DNA of 64,000 nucleotides from Candidatus Caldarchaeales archaeon. GTDB taxonomy: Archaea; Thermoproteota; Nitrososphaeria_A; Caldarchaeales; Calditenuaceae. The DNA lies in the NCBI GenBank assembly GCA_039630085.1, contig JBCNVM010000004.1, positions 55,466 through 119,465 of the forward strand, read 5' to 3'. Below, piece by piece: positions 9,484 to 18,683 of this stretch. A program made the position numbers and the translations under genes. The notes below the pieces were generated by a model, which made no database searches, was not told the origin of the DNA, and saw only the letters and a list, made by a program, of their open reading frames with translations. The stretch's first letter is position 1. Each line of letters starts with the position of its first letter.

Positions 9484-10133
9484 CCGGTTCCCTCGTCCTG
9501 CTCTCGGGGGGCATAGACTCCGCGACTGCCCTCTTCATGGAGACGAGGTCCTCGGACCGGGTCGTCACGCTCTCGGTGAACTACCACAAGAGGAACCAGA
9601 GGGAGGCGGAGGCCGCGAGGAATATCGCGCGGGCCGCGGGCGTCAGCGAGCACCTCGAGGTCGACCTGCGGTTCATGCGGGAGGCGATGGACCTCGACGA
9701 GGAGATCAGGCGGGAGGTTACCGAGCTCGGCGTCCCTCTCACATTCATCCCGTTCAGGAACCTCGTCTTCTACTCCGTTGGTCTTTACTACGCGTACGTC
9801 CTCAGGCTCGAGAGGGCGGTCGTCGGGCACGTCTTCGAGGACGCCTCGCTCTTCCCCGACGTGGGGGAGCTGAACATCGCGGCCCTGAACGGGATCGTCG
9901 AGAGGATGGTGCCGTGGAGGAGGCTGAGGGTCGTCGCGCCCCTGCTCGGGATGACGAAGGAGGAGGTCGTGAGGACCGCGATCGAACTCGGCGTCCCCTT
10001 GGAGCTGACATGGAGCTGCTGGCTCGAGGGCGAGAGGCAGTGCGGGAGGTGTCCCGGGTGCAGGAAGAGGAGGGAGACGTTCGCGAGGACGGGCTTTCCG
10101 GACCCGACCGAGTACGAGACCCCTAACCCCTGA
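9480..10133 (+). CDS. queC: 7-cyano-7-deazaguanine synthase
   Basis: LSGGIDS, IPFRN, TWSC...CGRC.GC. Confidence 0.9.
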   Translation: MTGSLVLLSGGIDSATALFMETRSSDRVVTLSVNYHKRNQREAEAARNIARAAGVSEHLEVDLRFMREAMDLDEEIRREVTELGVPLTFIPFRNLVFYSVGLYYAYVLRLERAVVGHVFEDASLFPDVGELNIAALNGIVERMVPWRRLRVVAPLLGMTKEEVVRTAIELGVPLELTWSCWLEGERQCGRCPGCRKRRETFARTGFPDPTEYETPNP

Positions 10134-11565
10134 GGAGCCTCACGGACCTGAGCCTTATGTGGGGCCCTCCGAACCAGACCGGGATCGCCTGCATCGGGTC
10201 TCCCTTCCCGCAGTAGCCCGCGGTCATCTGGAGGTCCTTCCCGACCGCGTCTACCGACGAGTAGAGCGTCCTCGTGGTGACCTCGAGGATAGGTCTGAAG
10301 ACCGGCTCCGCGAGCTCGCCGTCCCGGATCGCGTAGGCCTCGACTCCGACGTAGCGCTGGTTCCACCGCTTGTCGTCGATGTTCCACTCGGAGTAGGTCT
10401 TGATGTAGACGCCGGCCCTCACGTCCTCGATCAGCTCGTCGAAGCCGAAGTCGCCGGGCTTCATGTAGGTATTAGCCATTCTCACGATCGGCTCCCTGTC
10501 GTAGCTCGAGGCCCTGGAGGAGCCGTTGCTGCTCGTCCCTAGGTCGGCGGCGGTCTGTCTGTTCTGTAGGAGCTCCTTGATCACACCCCTCTCTATCAGC
10601 AGCCTCTCCCTCGCCCTCACGCCCTCGTCGTCGTAGAGGTAGAACCCGTAGGACCCGGGCAGCGTCGGGTCGTCCGCGACCGTGACGTGCTCAGAACCGA
10701 TCCTCGTGCCTATCAGCTCCCGCTTGATGTAGGTCTCGCCGGCCTGCGCCGCCTCCCTGCCCAGCATCCTGTCGGCCTCACCGGGATGGCCAGCGGACTC
10801 GTGGCAGATCAGCCCGACGACCTCCGGCCCGATGACGACATCGACCGCCCCCTCCGGCGGAGCCACTCCACCGACCACCGCCCTCGCGACGCCCTCCGCG
10901 TCCTCAAGGAGCTCCTCGTCGAGCCTCCACCGCTCGACCCCCTCCCAGCCCCTCGTCTCGCCGAAGTCCCTGTGCCGCATTTGGGACCTCCCTTGATGAT
11001 GGACGTGATAGACGAAGCTCAGGGCGACCCTGGGGATGCTGGTGAAGACGTCGGCGCCGTCCGAGTTGATCACGTGCTTGACCGTGTATCCGCACGAAAG
11101 GCTGAAGAATCTGGAGGGCGCTTCGGCTCCGAGCCTCTTCGCGCCCTGAACGACCGCGGCGTCCGCCGATCTGAGGAGCTCGGTCTTGTCGGAGACGTCG
11201 ACGTCCTCGTGCCTGACCCTTGGCTTCACGACGACCCTCTCCCTTCCCATCTCCTCGTGAGACATCTCGATCGGCTTCCTCCTCGTCCTCGCCGATGCCC
11301 TCGCCAGACTGACCGCCTCCTCGACGGCCTGTTTCAGCGCGGTGGGCCTGAGGACGTTCGTCGAGGAGAAGCCGAGGGCTCCCTCGACCAGGACCCTGAC
11401 CCCGACCCCGCGAGAGACGGTCGTGCCGCCTGCCACCGGGAAACCGTTCCTGAGGGCTATCGACTCCCTGACCTCGCTTTGATACCTGACCTCGGCGTAC
11501 TTGGCGCCCCGCTGGAGGGCGTGCTCGAGGGCCCTCCTCAGTAGGTCCTCTTGAGTCCCTTCCAA
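10123..11565 (-). CDS. tldD: TldD/PmbA family metalloprotease (TldD-type)
   Basis: HESAGHPGEADR (HExxGH), YDDEGV, RMANT, CGKGDP; start approximate. Confidence 0.9.
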   Translation of the reverse strand: MEGTQEDLLRRALEHALQRGAKYAEVRYQSEVRESIALRNGFPVAGGTTVSRGVGVRVLVEGALGFSSTNVLRPTALKQAVEEAVSLARASARTRRKPIEMSHEEMGRERVVVKPRVRHEDVDVSDKTELLRSADAAVVQGAKRLGAEAPSRFFSLSCGYTVKHVINSDGADVFTSIPRVALSFVYHVHHQGRSQMRHRDFGETRGWEGVERWRLDEELLEDAEGVARAVVGGVAPPEGAVDVVIGPEVVGLICHESAGHPGEADRMLGREAAQAGETYIKRELIGTRIGSEHVTVADDPTLPGSYGFYLYDDEGVRARERLLIERGVIKELLQNRQTAADLGTSSNGSSRASSYDREPIVRMANTYMKPGDFGFDELIEDVRAGVYIKTYSEWNIDDKRWNQRYVGVEAYAIRDGELAEPVFRPILEVTTRTLYSSVDAVGKDLQMTAGYCGKGDPMQAIPVWFGGPHIRLRSVRLLRG

Positions 11566-11852
11566 GCCGCGCTCCTCCCCGCGTCGCCCCATTCCTCGCC
11601 GCTCTCCTCAATCCTCCTCTTTACCCTCTCGAGGAGCGCCCTGATCTTCCCCAAGAGGTCCTGGAGCTCGACCCTGAGGTCCTGCGGCAGCGAGGGGTCG
11701 TTCAGCGCTGACCAGAGCGTCGCCTCGGCCTCCGTGAGCTGGGAGAAGACGTAGTCCAGCCGCGAGCCGGACTCGCTCAGCGCGGACCACAGCTTCATCC
11801 CTTCCCTGACCTCAGCGATCAGTTCCCTAACGGTCTTCTGGTCGACGACCAT
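11538..11852 (-). CDS. Hypothetical helical protein
   Basis: ATG start, genome-typical codon usage, overlaps tldD. Confidence 0.6.
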   Translation of the reverse strand: MVVDQKTVRELIAEVREGMKLWSALSESGSRLDYVFSQLTEAEATLWSALNDPSLPQDLRVELQDLLGKIRALLERVKRRIEESGEEWGDAGRSAAWKGLKRTY

Positions 11853-11912
11853 CTAGCGCCGGCTCTACTTCGTCACCGAGGGATATATTGGTGTTTCCGA
11901 AGAACTGCCGAA

Positions 11913-11959
11913 AACGTGCATACGGCCTGAGATAAGACGTATAACCCGCTATACACGTT
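11913..11959. promoter_or_regulatory. Candidate operator inverted repeat in a divergent promoter
   Basis: AACGTGCATA (11913-11922) and TATACACGTT (11950-11959), one mismatch. Confidence 0.35.
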
Positions 11960-11968
11960 CATAATGAC

Positions 11969-12574
11969 GTGGAGAGCGCCCCCAACCGGCGGACGACGAT
12001 CGCCGTGCGGAGGGACATCCTGAAACAGCTCTCCTCGCTCGCGAAGGAGCGCAAGATGAGCGTCTACGCCCTCAGCAACAGCATCCTCGAGCAGGCGATC
12101 GAGGTGATCAAGGAGAGCGGGAGCGACAGGGTGATCGCCAACCTCTGGAGGGTCCAGAGGATCCTGAGGGACTTCGACGCGGTTGTCGTTCCCTCCTACT
12201 TCATGGACATGCTGATCTCGGAGTTCTACAGGCTCGACAGGGAGAGGCTCCTCTCGCTCTTCGCACAGCTGGGGAAGGACGTCGGGACGCTCGCCCGGGA
12301 CTACGCGAGGACCTTTGACGAGCTGATCTCGCTCACCACACTTTTCGTCTACTTCTTCCCCCTCAAGAGAATTGAGCTGAAGGACTCCGGAGATAACGCG
12401 AAGGAGATCACGATCGTGGGCGCTGGAGGGACCATCGAGTCGACGGAGGCGGTCTTCGAGGCGGTGAAGGAGATCCTCAACAGCTACGGAGTCAAGGTGG
12501 TGAACCACACGCTCTCCCGAGGCCTGATCAAGATGGCGGTATCGCCGGCACCAAGCGAGGCTCAGGGGCCGTAG
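11969..12574 (+). CDS. Putative ribbon-helix-helix transcription regulator with C-terminal domain
   Basis: N-terminal RRTTIAVRRDILKQLSSLAKERKMSVYAL. Confidence 0.65.
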   Translation: MESAPNRRTTIAVRRDILKQLSSLAKERKMSVYALSNSILEQAIEVIKESGSDRVIANLWRVQRILRDFDAVVVPSYFMDMLISEFYRLDRERLLSLFAQLGKDVGTLARDYARTFDELISLTTLFVYFFPLKRIELKDSGDNAKEITIVGAGGTIESTEAVFEAVKEILNSYGVKVVNHTLSRGLIKMAVSPAPSEAQGP

Positions 12575-13962
12575 AAGGCGGAGTGGACGGCCCTCACCGC
12601 CTCCTCAGCGTCCGACTCCTTGACCACGAACGAGATGTTCAGCTCCGAAGACCCCTGCGCTATCATCCTGACGTTTATCCCCCTCGACGCGACCGAGCTG
12701 AAGACCTTGCCGGCCACGCCCGGGGTCCCCTTCATCCCCTCGCCGATCACCGCGATGGCCGCTACGTCGTCCTCCACCTCGACTTCGCCGCCGCCGAGCT
12801 GGGAGATCACGACCCTTCTGATCTCCTCCGCGACCCTCCTCGAGAGGTTCCTCGGGACCACGACGGATATCGAGGAGCTGGAGACGCTCTGGGAGATCAT
12901 CAGCGCCTCTATCCTCATCGAGTCTATGACCGAGAGCACCTTCGCCGCTAGGCCCCCGCCCGAGAGGACCTCGCCCTTCACCGTCACCGAGGAGACCCTC
13001 GTCGTCATCAGGACGGCCTTCGTCACCGACCCGCTGGGGTCCGAGGAGCCGGAGATCAGGGTTCCCTCCGACTCGGGCCTGAAGGTGTTCTTCACCCTGA
13101 TCGGTATTCCCTTCTCCCTCGCAGGCAGGATCGTCTTGATCTGGAGCCCCTTCGCGCCGAAGTACGCCATCTCGACGGCCTCGTCGTAGGAGATCCTGCG
13201 GAGGACCCTCGCGGTGGGAACGACCCTCGGGTCCGCGGACATCATGCCGTCGACGTCCGTCCAGAGCCAGACCTCCTTCGCGTCCAAGCAGTAGGCCAGG
13301 ACGGTCGCGGTGAGGTCGGATCCTCCCCTCCCGAGGGTGGTGACGATCCCGTCCGGCGTGGATGCGATGTAGCCGGTCACGACCGGGACCTCTCCGGCCC
13401 GGATGAGCCCGCCGAGCCGCTCCCTCACCCGCTCGTAGGTGACGTCCATCAGGGGGGAGGCGTTGCCGAAGTTCGAGTCCGTGACTATTCCGGCCTCTTG
13501 GCCCTCGAGGTAGACCGACCTTATCCCGGCGCTCCTCAGTGAGCCCCACACGATCTTAGTAGAGAGCCTCTCTCCGTAAGAGGCTATCAGGTCCCTCGTC
13601 CTAGGCGTGCTCTCCCTCAGCAGCGCGACGCTCCCGACCAGCTTCCCGAGCTCGGCCACCCTCTCCCTGACGAAGGCCTCGACCTCGGACCTGATCGCGG
13701 GCTCCTCGACCGCCCTCCGTGCCGCCGCGAGGTGCGACCTCTCGAGCCCCCCGAGCAGCTCCTCGGCCCCCTCGACATCGCCTGCCTCCGCCCTCTCGAG
13801 GGAGCTGAGAAGTACGTCGGTCGTGTCGCCCATCGCGGAGCAGACCACCAGGAGCCTGTTCCGCCGAAGCCCGTCGGCGATCAGCGACCTGACCCGGAGG
13901 ACCCTGTCGCCGTCGCCCAGCGAAGTACCCCCGAACTTCCAGACCAGCAGGTCGCCCGACAT
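12562..13962 (-). CDS. lysC: Aspartate kinase
   Basis: KFGGTS, SAMGDTTD, GERLS, TLGRGGSD, WTDVDG..ADP, two ACT domains; start at MSGDLL. Confidence 0.95.
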   Translation of the reverse strand: MSGDLLVWKFGGTSLGDGDRVLRVRSLIADGLRRNRLLVVCSAMGDTTDVLLSSLERAEAGDVEGAEELLGGLERSHLAAARRAVEEPAIRSEVEAFVRERVAELGKLVGSVALLRESTPRTRDLIASYGERLSTKIVWGSLRSAGIRSVYLEGQEAGIVTDSNFGNASPLMDVTYERVRERLGGLIRAGEVPVVTGYIASTPDGIVTTLGRGGSDLTATVLAYCLDAKEVWLWTDVDGMMSADPRVVPTARVLRRISYDEAVEMAYFGAKGLQIKTILPAREKGIPIRVKNTFRPESEGTLISGSSDPSGSVTKAVLMTTRVSSVTVKGEVLSGGGLAAKVLSVIDSMRIEALMISQSVSSSSISVVVPRNLSRRVAEEIRRVVISQLGGGEVEVEDDVAAIAVIGEGMKGTPGVAGKVFSSVASRGINVRMIAQGSSELNISFVVKESDAEEAVRAVHSAFYGP

Positions 13963-14053
13963 CCACGTCGGCGCAGATCCGTGTCCTTTTAACCTGAGCG
14001 CGATCCGATGGGGTGTCAAAGCTTTAATGGTCCGGACGGAGCCGGGATCTGGG

Positions 14054-14401
14054 ATGGCTTCACCGGAGGACGCCGAGCTCGAGGAGATCAGGAGGAGGAA
14101 GATGGCGGAGCTCCAGCAGAGGATGGCCGCGGAGGAGGCGAAGAGGAGGGAGGAGGCCGAGAGGGCCGCGATCATGAGGGCGATACTCACACCCGAGGCG
14201 AGGCAGAGGCTCGCGAACGTGAAGGTGGCGAGGCCGGACCTCGCGGAGGCGGTCGAGAGGTACCTGATTCAGCTCGCCCAGAGCGGGAGGCTGAAGGGCC
14301 AGGTGACCGATGACGTCCTGAGGGAGCTCCTCGAGAGGCTGACGCCGAAGAAGAGGGAGACGAGGATCGTGAGGCTCAGCAAGGACGACCTCCTCGAGTG
14401 A
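14054..14401 (+). CDS. PDCD5-family DNA-binding protein
   Basis: ELEEIRRRKMAEL, ILTPEARQRL.NVK.ARP. Confidence 0.92.
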   Translation: MASPEDAELEEIRRRKMAELQQRMAAEEAKRREEAERAAIMRAILTPEARQRLANVKVARPDLAEAVERYLIQLAQSGRLKGQVTDDVLRELLERLTPKKRETRIVRLSKDDLLE

Positions 14402-14411
14402 GGGTCGGGGC

Positions 14412-14615
14412 ATGGAGGCGAGGGCCCTCGTTCCCGGCGGACGCAGGTTCAGGGGAGGAAAGGGGTTCTCGAGGGGCGAGCTGAAGGCGGCGGGGCTGAC
14501 CGTCTCCGAGGCCCGGGGGGCAAGGATCCCGGTCGACGCGCGGAGGAGGTCGGTCCATCCGAAGAACGTCGAGCTCCTGAAGAGGTTCGTCTCCGAGAGG
14601 AATAGGCCGGCTTGA
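14412..14615 (+). CDS. rpl13e: Ribosomal protein L13e
   Basis: GKGFSRGEL..AGL...AR...IPVD.RRRS. Confidence 0.92.
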   Translation: MEARALVPGGRRFRGGKGFSRGELKAAGLTVSEARGARIPVDARRRSVHPKNVELLKRFVSERNRPA

Positions 14616-14779
14616 CGAGGACCAAGCGGTGCGAGGTCTGCGGCGAGACCTTCGAGTGCGGCTTCGAGGACGGCGACTGCTGGTGCGGGTCCGTCTTCGT
14701 CCCCCCGGAGAGGCTGAAGCTCCTCTCGAGGCTCGCAAGAGACTGCGTCTGCAGGAGGTGCCTTACGGGCGGGGGCTGA
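14612..14779 (+). CDS. Small cysteine-rich CWC family protein (not in ORF track)
   Basis: MTRTKRCEVCGETFECG...CWC...DCVCRRCL; TTG start overlaps the L13e stop. Confidence 0.75.
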   Translation: MTRTKRCEVCGETFECGFEDGDCWCGSVFVPPERLKLLSRLARDCVCRRCLTGGG

Positions 14780-14785
14780 CCCCCT

Positions 14786-15484
14786 TCACTTGGCCAGCGC
14801 CGTGGAGATCAGCATCAGCTCCGGACCCCTCGTCCTGTTCCCCACGACGGCGGCCTTCCCGTTCGCGAGCATCCCGCTCCTGATGAACTTGCTCCCGTCG
14901 TTGACCGTCACCCTCGTGAACTCGACCTTGAGCGCCTCCTCGAGGGCCTCCAAGTCCGACTCCGTGGCGTCGACCGTCACGAACCCGACCCGGTTCGTCA
15001 CGACGGTGAGCGACCCGACCGTCTTCATCCCCGCGACGGTCCCCCTCACGACCTCGACGGAGAGGATGTCCTCGATCGCCCCGACCTCTTTCTGGGTGAA
15101 GTCCGGCGAGACTACCGCGCCCCTGTCGTTGGCCGCGATCAGGTTCCCGAGGGCCGTGAGCCTGCTCTTCAGGACCTCGACCCTGACGTCGGGCATCGCC
15201 CGCCTGATCTCCTCGACCTCCTCCTCGAGCGCGGTTGACGGGAGCAGCAGGCCGTTCGAGTTCCCGGCCACCATCACGCCGATCAGGAAGCTCGAGGCGA
15301 CCGACCCCCTGACCGCCTTGACGTCCAAGGCCTCCCCGAGGATGCCCGCGTCCTTCTCGGTCATGATGGAGGGGACGACGACGAACCTCTCGGAGCAGGA
15401 GGCGAAGAGTCCGACGTAAGGCGTCCCGAAGACGTCCAGGACCCTGACCCTAGGGGCCTCGCTGGCCCGCTCCAGGGAGTTCAT
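14786..15484 (-). CDS. eif6: Translation initiation factor 6
   Basis: GVMVAGNSNG, TALGNLIAANDRGA, ANGKAAVVG; follows L31e. Confidence 0.92.
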   Translation of the reverse strand: MNSLERASEAPRVRVLDVFGTPYVGLFASCSERFVVVPSIMTEKDAGILGEALDVKAVRGSVASSFLIGVMVAGNSNGLLLPSTALEEEVEEIRRAMPDVRVEVLKSRLTALGNLIAANDRGAVVSPDFTQKEVGAIEDILSVEVVRGTVAGMKTVGSLTVVTNRVGFVTVDATESDLEALEEALKVEFTRVTVNDGSKFIRSGMLANGKAAVVGNRTRGPELMLISTALAK

Positions 15485-15744
15485 CCCTCCGACTCCGGGA
15501 GCTTGACCTCTGCCGTTTCCTCGTCGACCTTCTCGATCACGACCCTGAGCTTCCTCGGAGGCCTGGAGACGGATCTGCTCCAGAAGACGGCGTTGAGGGA
15601 CTGGTCTATCACGACCCTCTTCGCCTTCGAGATCCTCATGGCCCTCTCCCTTAGGAGGTTGATCGCCCTCTTCGCCCTCCTCAGCCGCTTCGACTCGTAG
15701 GCGTCCCTCAGGTTCAGCGTGACCTCCCACCTCTTCTCGGTCAC
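15481..15744 (-). CDS. rpl31e: Ribosomal protein L31e
   Basis: RRAKRAI, VVIDQSLN..W.RS...PPRKLRV. Confidence 0.93.
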   Translation of the reverse strand: MTEKRWEVTLNLRDAYESKRLRRAKRAINLLRERAMRISKAKRVVIDQSLNAVFWSRSVSRPPRKLRVVIEKVDEETAEVKLPESEG

Positions 15745-15755
15745 CGGCCCTCACC

Positions 15756-15911
15756 TCACGGCTTGAGGCTCGCGGAGCGCCTCCAGTTCCTCTGCCTCCT
15801 GCTGATCGACACCTCGTTTCCGGTCCTGAGCCTCACCCACGCCGGGACAGGCCTCGCCCTCTTCGTCGCCGCGGCGAGCCTCCTCTTCTTGGGCAGGGTC
15901 TTCTTCGACAT
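15756..15911 (-). CDS. rpl39e: Ribosomal protein L39e (not in ORF track)
   Basis: MSKKTLPKKRRLA...PVPAWV...RNWRR. Confidence 0.93.
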   Translation of the reverse strand: MSKKTLPKKRRLAAATKRARPVPAWVRLRTGNEVSISRRQRNWRRSASLKP

Positions 15912-15954
15912 GCCTAAGCCTCCACGGATCAGCTGAATTTAAGCCAAATTCCGG

Positions 15955-16806
15955 TCACGCCGACCTCCTCGTGACGTCGCTGTACCTGAGCCTGAACCAG
16001 GCCGCGATGACAGGCGCGATCGAGTAGGCGAGGATGCTGAGGTGGGCCCTGCCGACATCAACGAGCGAGAGCCCGGAGGCGGCCCCGAATAAGCCCGCCG
16101 CGAAGGCCCGCAGGTTGAGGAGGTCCGCGACCACGGTGACCGTGTAGCCCACCGCGGCCCAGCTCTGGAGGTAGGAGGAGATCTCGAGGAGCGACCTGTC
16201 GTCGTTGAGGACGGCGACGACGTTCGCGTAGCTCTGGAAGAGCACCGACCCGAAGAAGAGTATCCCGCCGAGGAGGATCGCGATCATGCTCCTTCTCGTC
16301 AGCTCCCCGAGCGCGACGCCCAGCGCGAACGAGGGCGCGGCCGAGGCGAGCGAGGCCGCGATTCCTACGGCGAGGACATCGAGCCTCGACTGCGGACCGA
16401 ACGCGTACCAAGACAATGCCAGGGCCAGACAGGAGTAGAGGGCGACGATAGACCCTAGTAGGAGCAGCCCGCCGAGCAGCTTGCCGGCGAAGTACTCGAT
16501 CCTCGAGATCGGCCTAGTGAACCAGAAGTCCGCCGTGCCGGTCTCGTACTCCTCCGAGGAGGTGGAGGCTCCGATCGTGATGGCGAGGACGTGGACGAGG
16601 GCCGTGGAGGGGGCGACGAGCCCGACCGACCACGCGTACTGCCTTATCGGGTTGACGATGAAGGGAGGAAGCCTGGTGAGGACGTAGTAGATCGCGACCT
16701 CGAGGAGCAGGGTTGCCGCGAGGAGGAGGAGAACGCGGCGCCTCGCGAGGCTGCGCAGCAGCTCGTACTCCACGAGCACGGCCAGGGCCCTAAGAGTGGA
16801 CGCCAT
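15955..16806 (-). CDS. ABC-2 type transporter permease
   Basis: About 6 TM; SEEYETGT....TRPISR..Y..GK. Confidence 0.88.
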   Translation of the reverse strand: MASTLRALAVLVEYELLRSLARRRVLLLLAATLLLEVAIYYVLTRLPPFIVNPIRQYAWSVGLVAPSTALVHVLAITIGASTSSEEYETGTADFWFTRPISRIEYFAGKLLGGLLLLGSIVALYSCLALALSWYAFGPQSRLDVLAVGIAASLASAAPSFALGVALGELTRRSMIAILLGGILFFGSVLFQSYANVVAVLNDDRSLLEISSYLQSWAAVGYTVTVVADLLNLRAFAAGLFGAASGLSLVDVGRAHLSILAYSIAPVIAAWFRLRYSDVTRRSA

Positions 16807-17728
16807 CCCTTACCACCCTGACGAAGACGTCCTCGAGGGTCGGAGGGGCAGTCCTCATCTCCAGCAGCCCGCACCCCGACCTGACCAGCAGGTCCGCTAT
16901 CTCCTCCCTCGGGTCCCTCGACCCGTCGAATACGACCCTCAGGGCCTGTCCGTTGACCTCCAGCGACCTCACGCCCCCGGTCCCGAGGATAGCGCTCCTT
17001 ACGTCGTCGGCCGGCGGCCTCCTCACTCTGACCTCGAGGACGACGCCCTCGCTCGACCTCAGGAGGTCCGCGACCGACCCCTCGAGCACGGTCTTCCCCA
17101 TGTAGACCATGCCCACCCTATCGGAGACCCTCTCGACCTCGTAGAGCTCGTGGGAGGAGAAGACGATCGTCTTTCCCTGCCTCCTCTGATCCTGCATGAC
17201 GTCCCTGATGTGGACCCTGCCGACCGGGTCGACGCCGAGCATCGGCTCGTCGAGGATCAGGAGCTCCGGGTCGCCGACGAGAGCCTGACCGATCGAGAGC
17301 CTCTGTATCATGCCCTTCGAGAAGCCCGCGACCCTCCTGTCGGCGTGCCTGACCAGCCCCGTGAGGTCCAGGACCCTCTCGACCTCCCTCTTCGTCTCCT
17401 GGAGGCCCATGCCCTTCAGCCTGCAGGTCACCTCGAGGAGCTTCCTAGCGGTGAAGAAGGCCGGGAAGGTCGGGAGCTCCGGCGAATATCCGACTTGGGC
17501 GTTGACCCGCTTCGGGTCCTCGAAGGGATCTGCGCCGAGGACCTCAACTCGGCCGGAAGTAGGCCTGAGGAGGCCCAGGACCGCCCTCAGCGTGGTCGTC
17601 TTACCGGAGCCGTTAGGGCCCACGAGCCCGTAGACCTCCGAACGGCCCACGCTGAGCGTTATCGGTCCGACCCTCCCCCCGTCCCTGTACTCCTTGACCA
17701 GCGACTCGACCCTAATGACCGCTCCCAA
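16790..17728 (-). CDS. ABC transporter ATP-binding protein
   Basis: GPNGSGKTT, FSKGMIQR, LILDEP. Confidence 0.93.
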   Translation of the reverse strand: MGAVIRVESLVKEYRDGGRVGPITLSVGRSEVYGLVGPNGSGKTTTLRAVLGLLRPTSGRVEVLGADPFEDPKRVNAQVGYSPELPTFPAFFTARKLLEVTCRLKGMGLQETKREVERVLDLTGLVRHADRRVAGFSKGMIQRLSIGQALVGDPELLILDEPMLGVDPVGRVHIRDVMQDQRRQGKTIVFSSHELYEVERVSDRVGMVYMGKTVLEGSVADLLRSSEGVVLEVRVRRPPADDVRSAILGTGGVRSLEVNGQALRVVFDGSRDPREEIADLLVRSGCGLLEMRTAPPTLEDVFVRVVRDGVHS

Positions 17729-17739
17729 GCCTCAGGGCC

Positions 17740-18612
17740 TCAGACGTAGTGGGGTTTCCTCGCGGCCGCCTCGGTCGAACCTGTCCTCCTGGAGGCCCTC
17801 AGCGAGAGGGCAGCGACGGCAGCGACCGCGGCGAGGCCGGCGGCGCCAACAGCTGCTACCTTCAGCCCTTGGTCTTGGGAAGTCTGCTCAGCGGAGGTTC
17901 CGGGGACAGTCGGCTTCACCGCGTCAGACCTAGACGCAGCGAGTCCCGAACCAGCCTCGACGATGCCGAACGAGTAGGGAACGCTCAGCAGCCGCTCCAC
18001 CGCGAACGAAGACGCGACTGGCCTGATCGAGGCGAGGTCGATGTTCGAGTCGGTGAGCCTGAGCTCGAGGGCCTTCAGCCCCCTGCCCTCGGAGGCGAGC
18101 GATGCCGAAAGCGCGTAGATCACCCGCGAAGGCTCGATCGTTTCGACCGTGGCTGTGAACTCGGTCCGCGGGTCGCCGCCAACGGCCGAGATTGCCCTGA
18201 TCGAGTAGGTCACCGTCTGGTAGGTCTTCCCTCCGACCTGCCTCTGGGCCCTGCCGACCTCCTCGACGGTCACGGAGAAAGAGTAGTTCCCCCTAGAGTA
18301 ACTGAAGGAGCCTGGCGAGAATTCGGCGGGGAGCGTCGGGACCATGAAGGCCGAAGCGGGGAGGTTCTTCTCGAGCGTCGAGACGCCGTCATTGAAGGTG
18401 AGCTCGACCCTCAGCCTGACCGATCCCTCTTTGAGTTCGGTCGCGGTGACCTTAAGGGTCCCGGAGACGGAGGCGCCGTCTGCGCGCTCCAGCCGGTACG
18501 CGTAGGCGAAGTAGGACTGCTCCCCCAGACCCACCGCCAGGACAGAGGACAGGGCGAGCGCCGCTGCGAGGACCGCCGCCCAAGTCCATCCGGACTTCAG
18601 GGACGAACTCAT
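17740..18612 (-). CDS. Putative exported, C-terminally anchored surface protein
   Basis: N-terminal signal peptide, beta-rich body, C-terminal hydrophobic segment plus basic tail ending RKPHYV. Confidence 0.7.
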   Translation of the reverse strand: MSSSLKSGWTWAAVLAAALALSSVLAVGLGEQSYFAYAYRLERADGASVSGTLKVTATELKEGSVRLRVELTFNDGVSTLEKNLPASAFMVPTLPAEFSPGSFSYSRGNYSFSVTVEEVGRAQRQVGGKTYQTVTYSIRAISAVGGDPRTEFTATVETIEPSRVIYALSASLASEGRGLKALELRLTDSNIDLASIRPVASSFAVERLLSVPYSFGIVEAGSGLAASRSDAVKPTVPGTSAEQTSQDQGLKVAAVGAAGLAAVAAVAALSLRASRRTGSTEAAARKPHYV

Positions 18613-18683
18613 GTCTGAGCCTCGATAGCGCTCGGGAGATTTAACGGTATGCGAACGTAAACATGTCGCGAGGTGGCGAACCC

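Noticed and set aside
8803-10133. queD/queC as a 7-deazaguanine DNA-modification (Dpd) or QatABCD defence system
   Set aside because: No dpdA or qat partners nearby; housekeeping context fits archaeosine synthesis
12562-14401. Apparent long overlap of the aspartate kinase and PDCD5 ORFs
   Set aside because: Artefact of upstream start choice; the likely starts (13962 and 14054) are divergent and do not overlap
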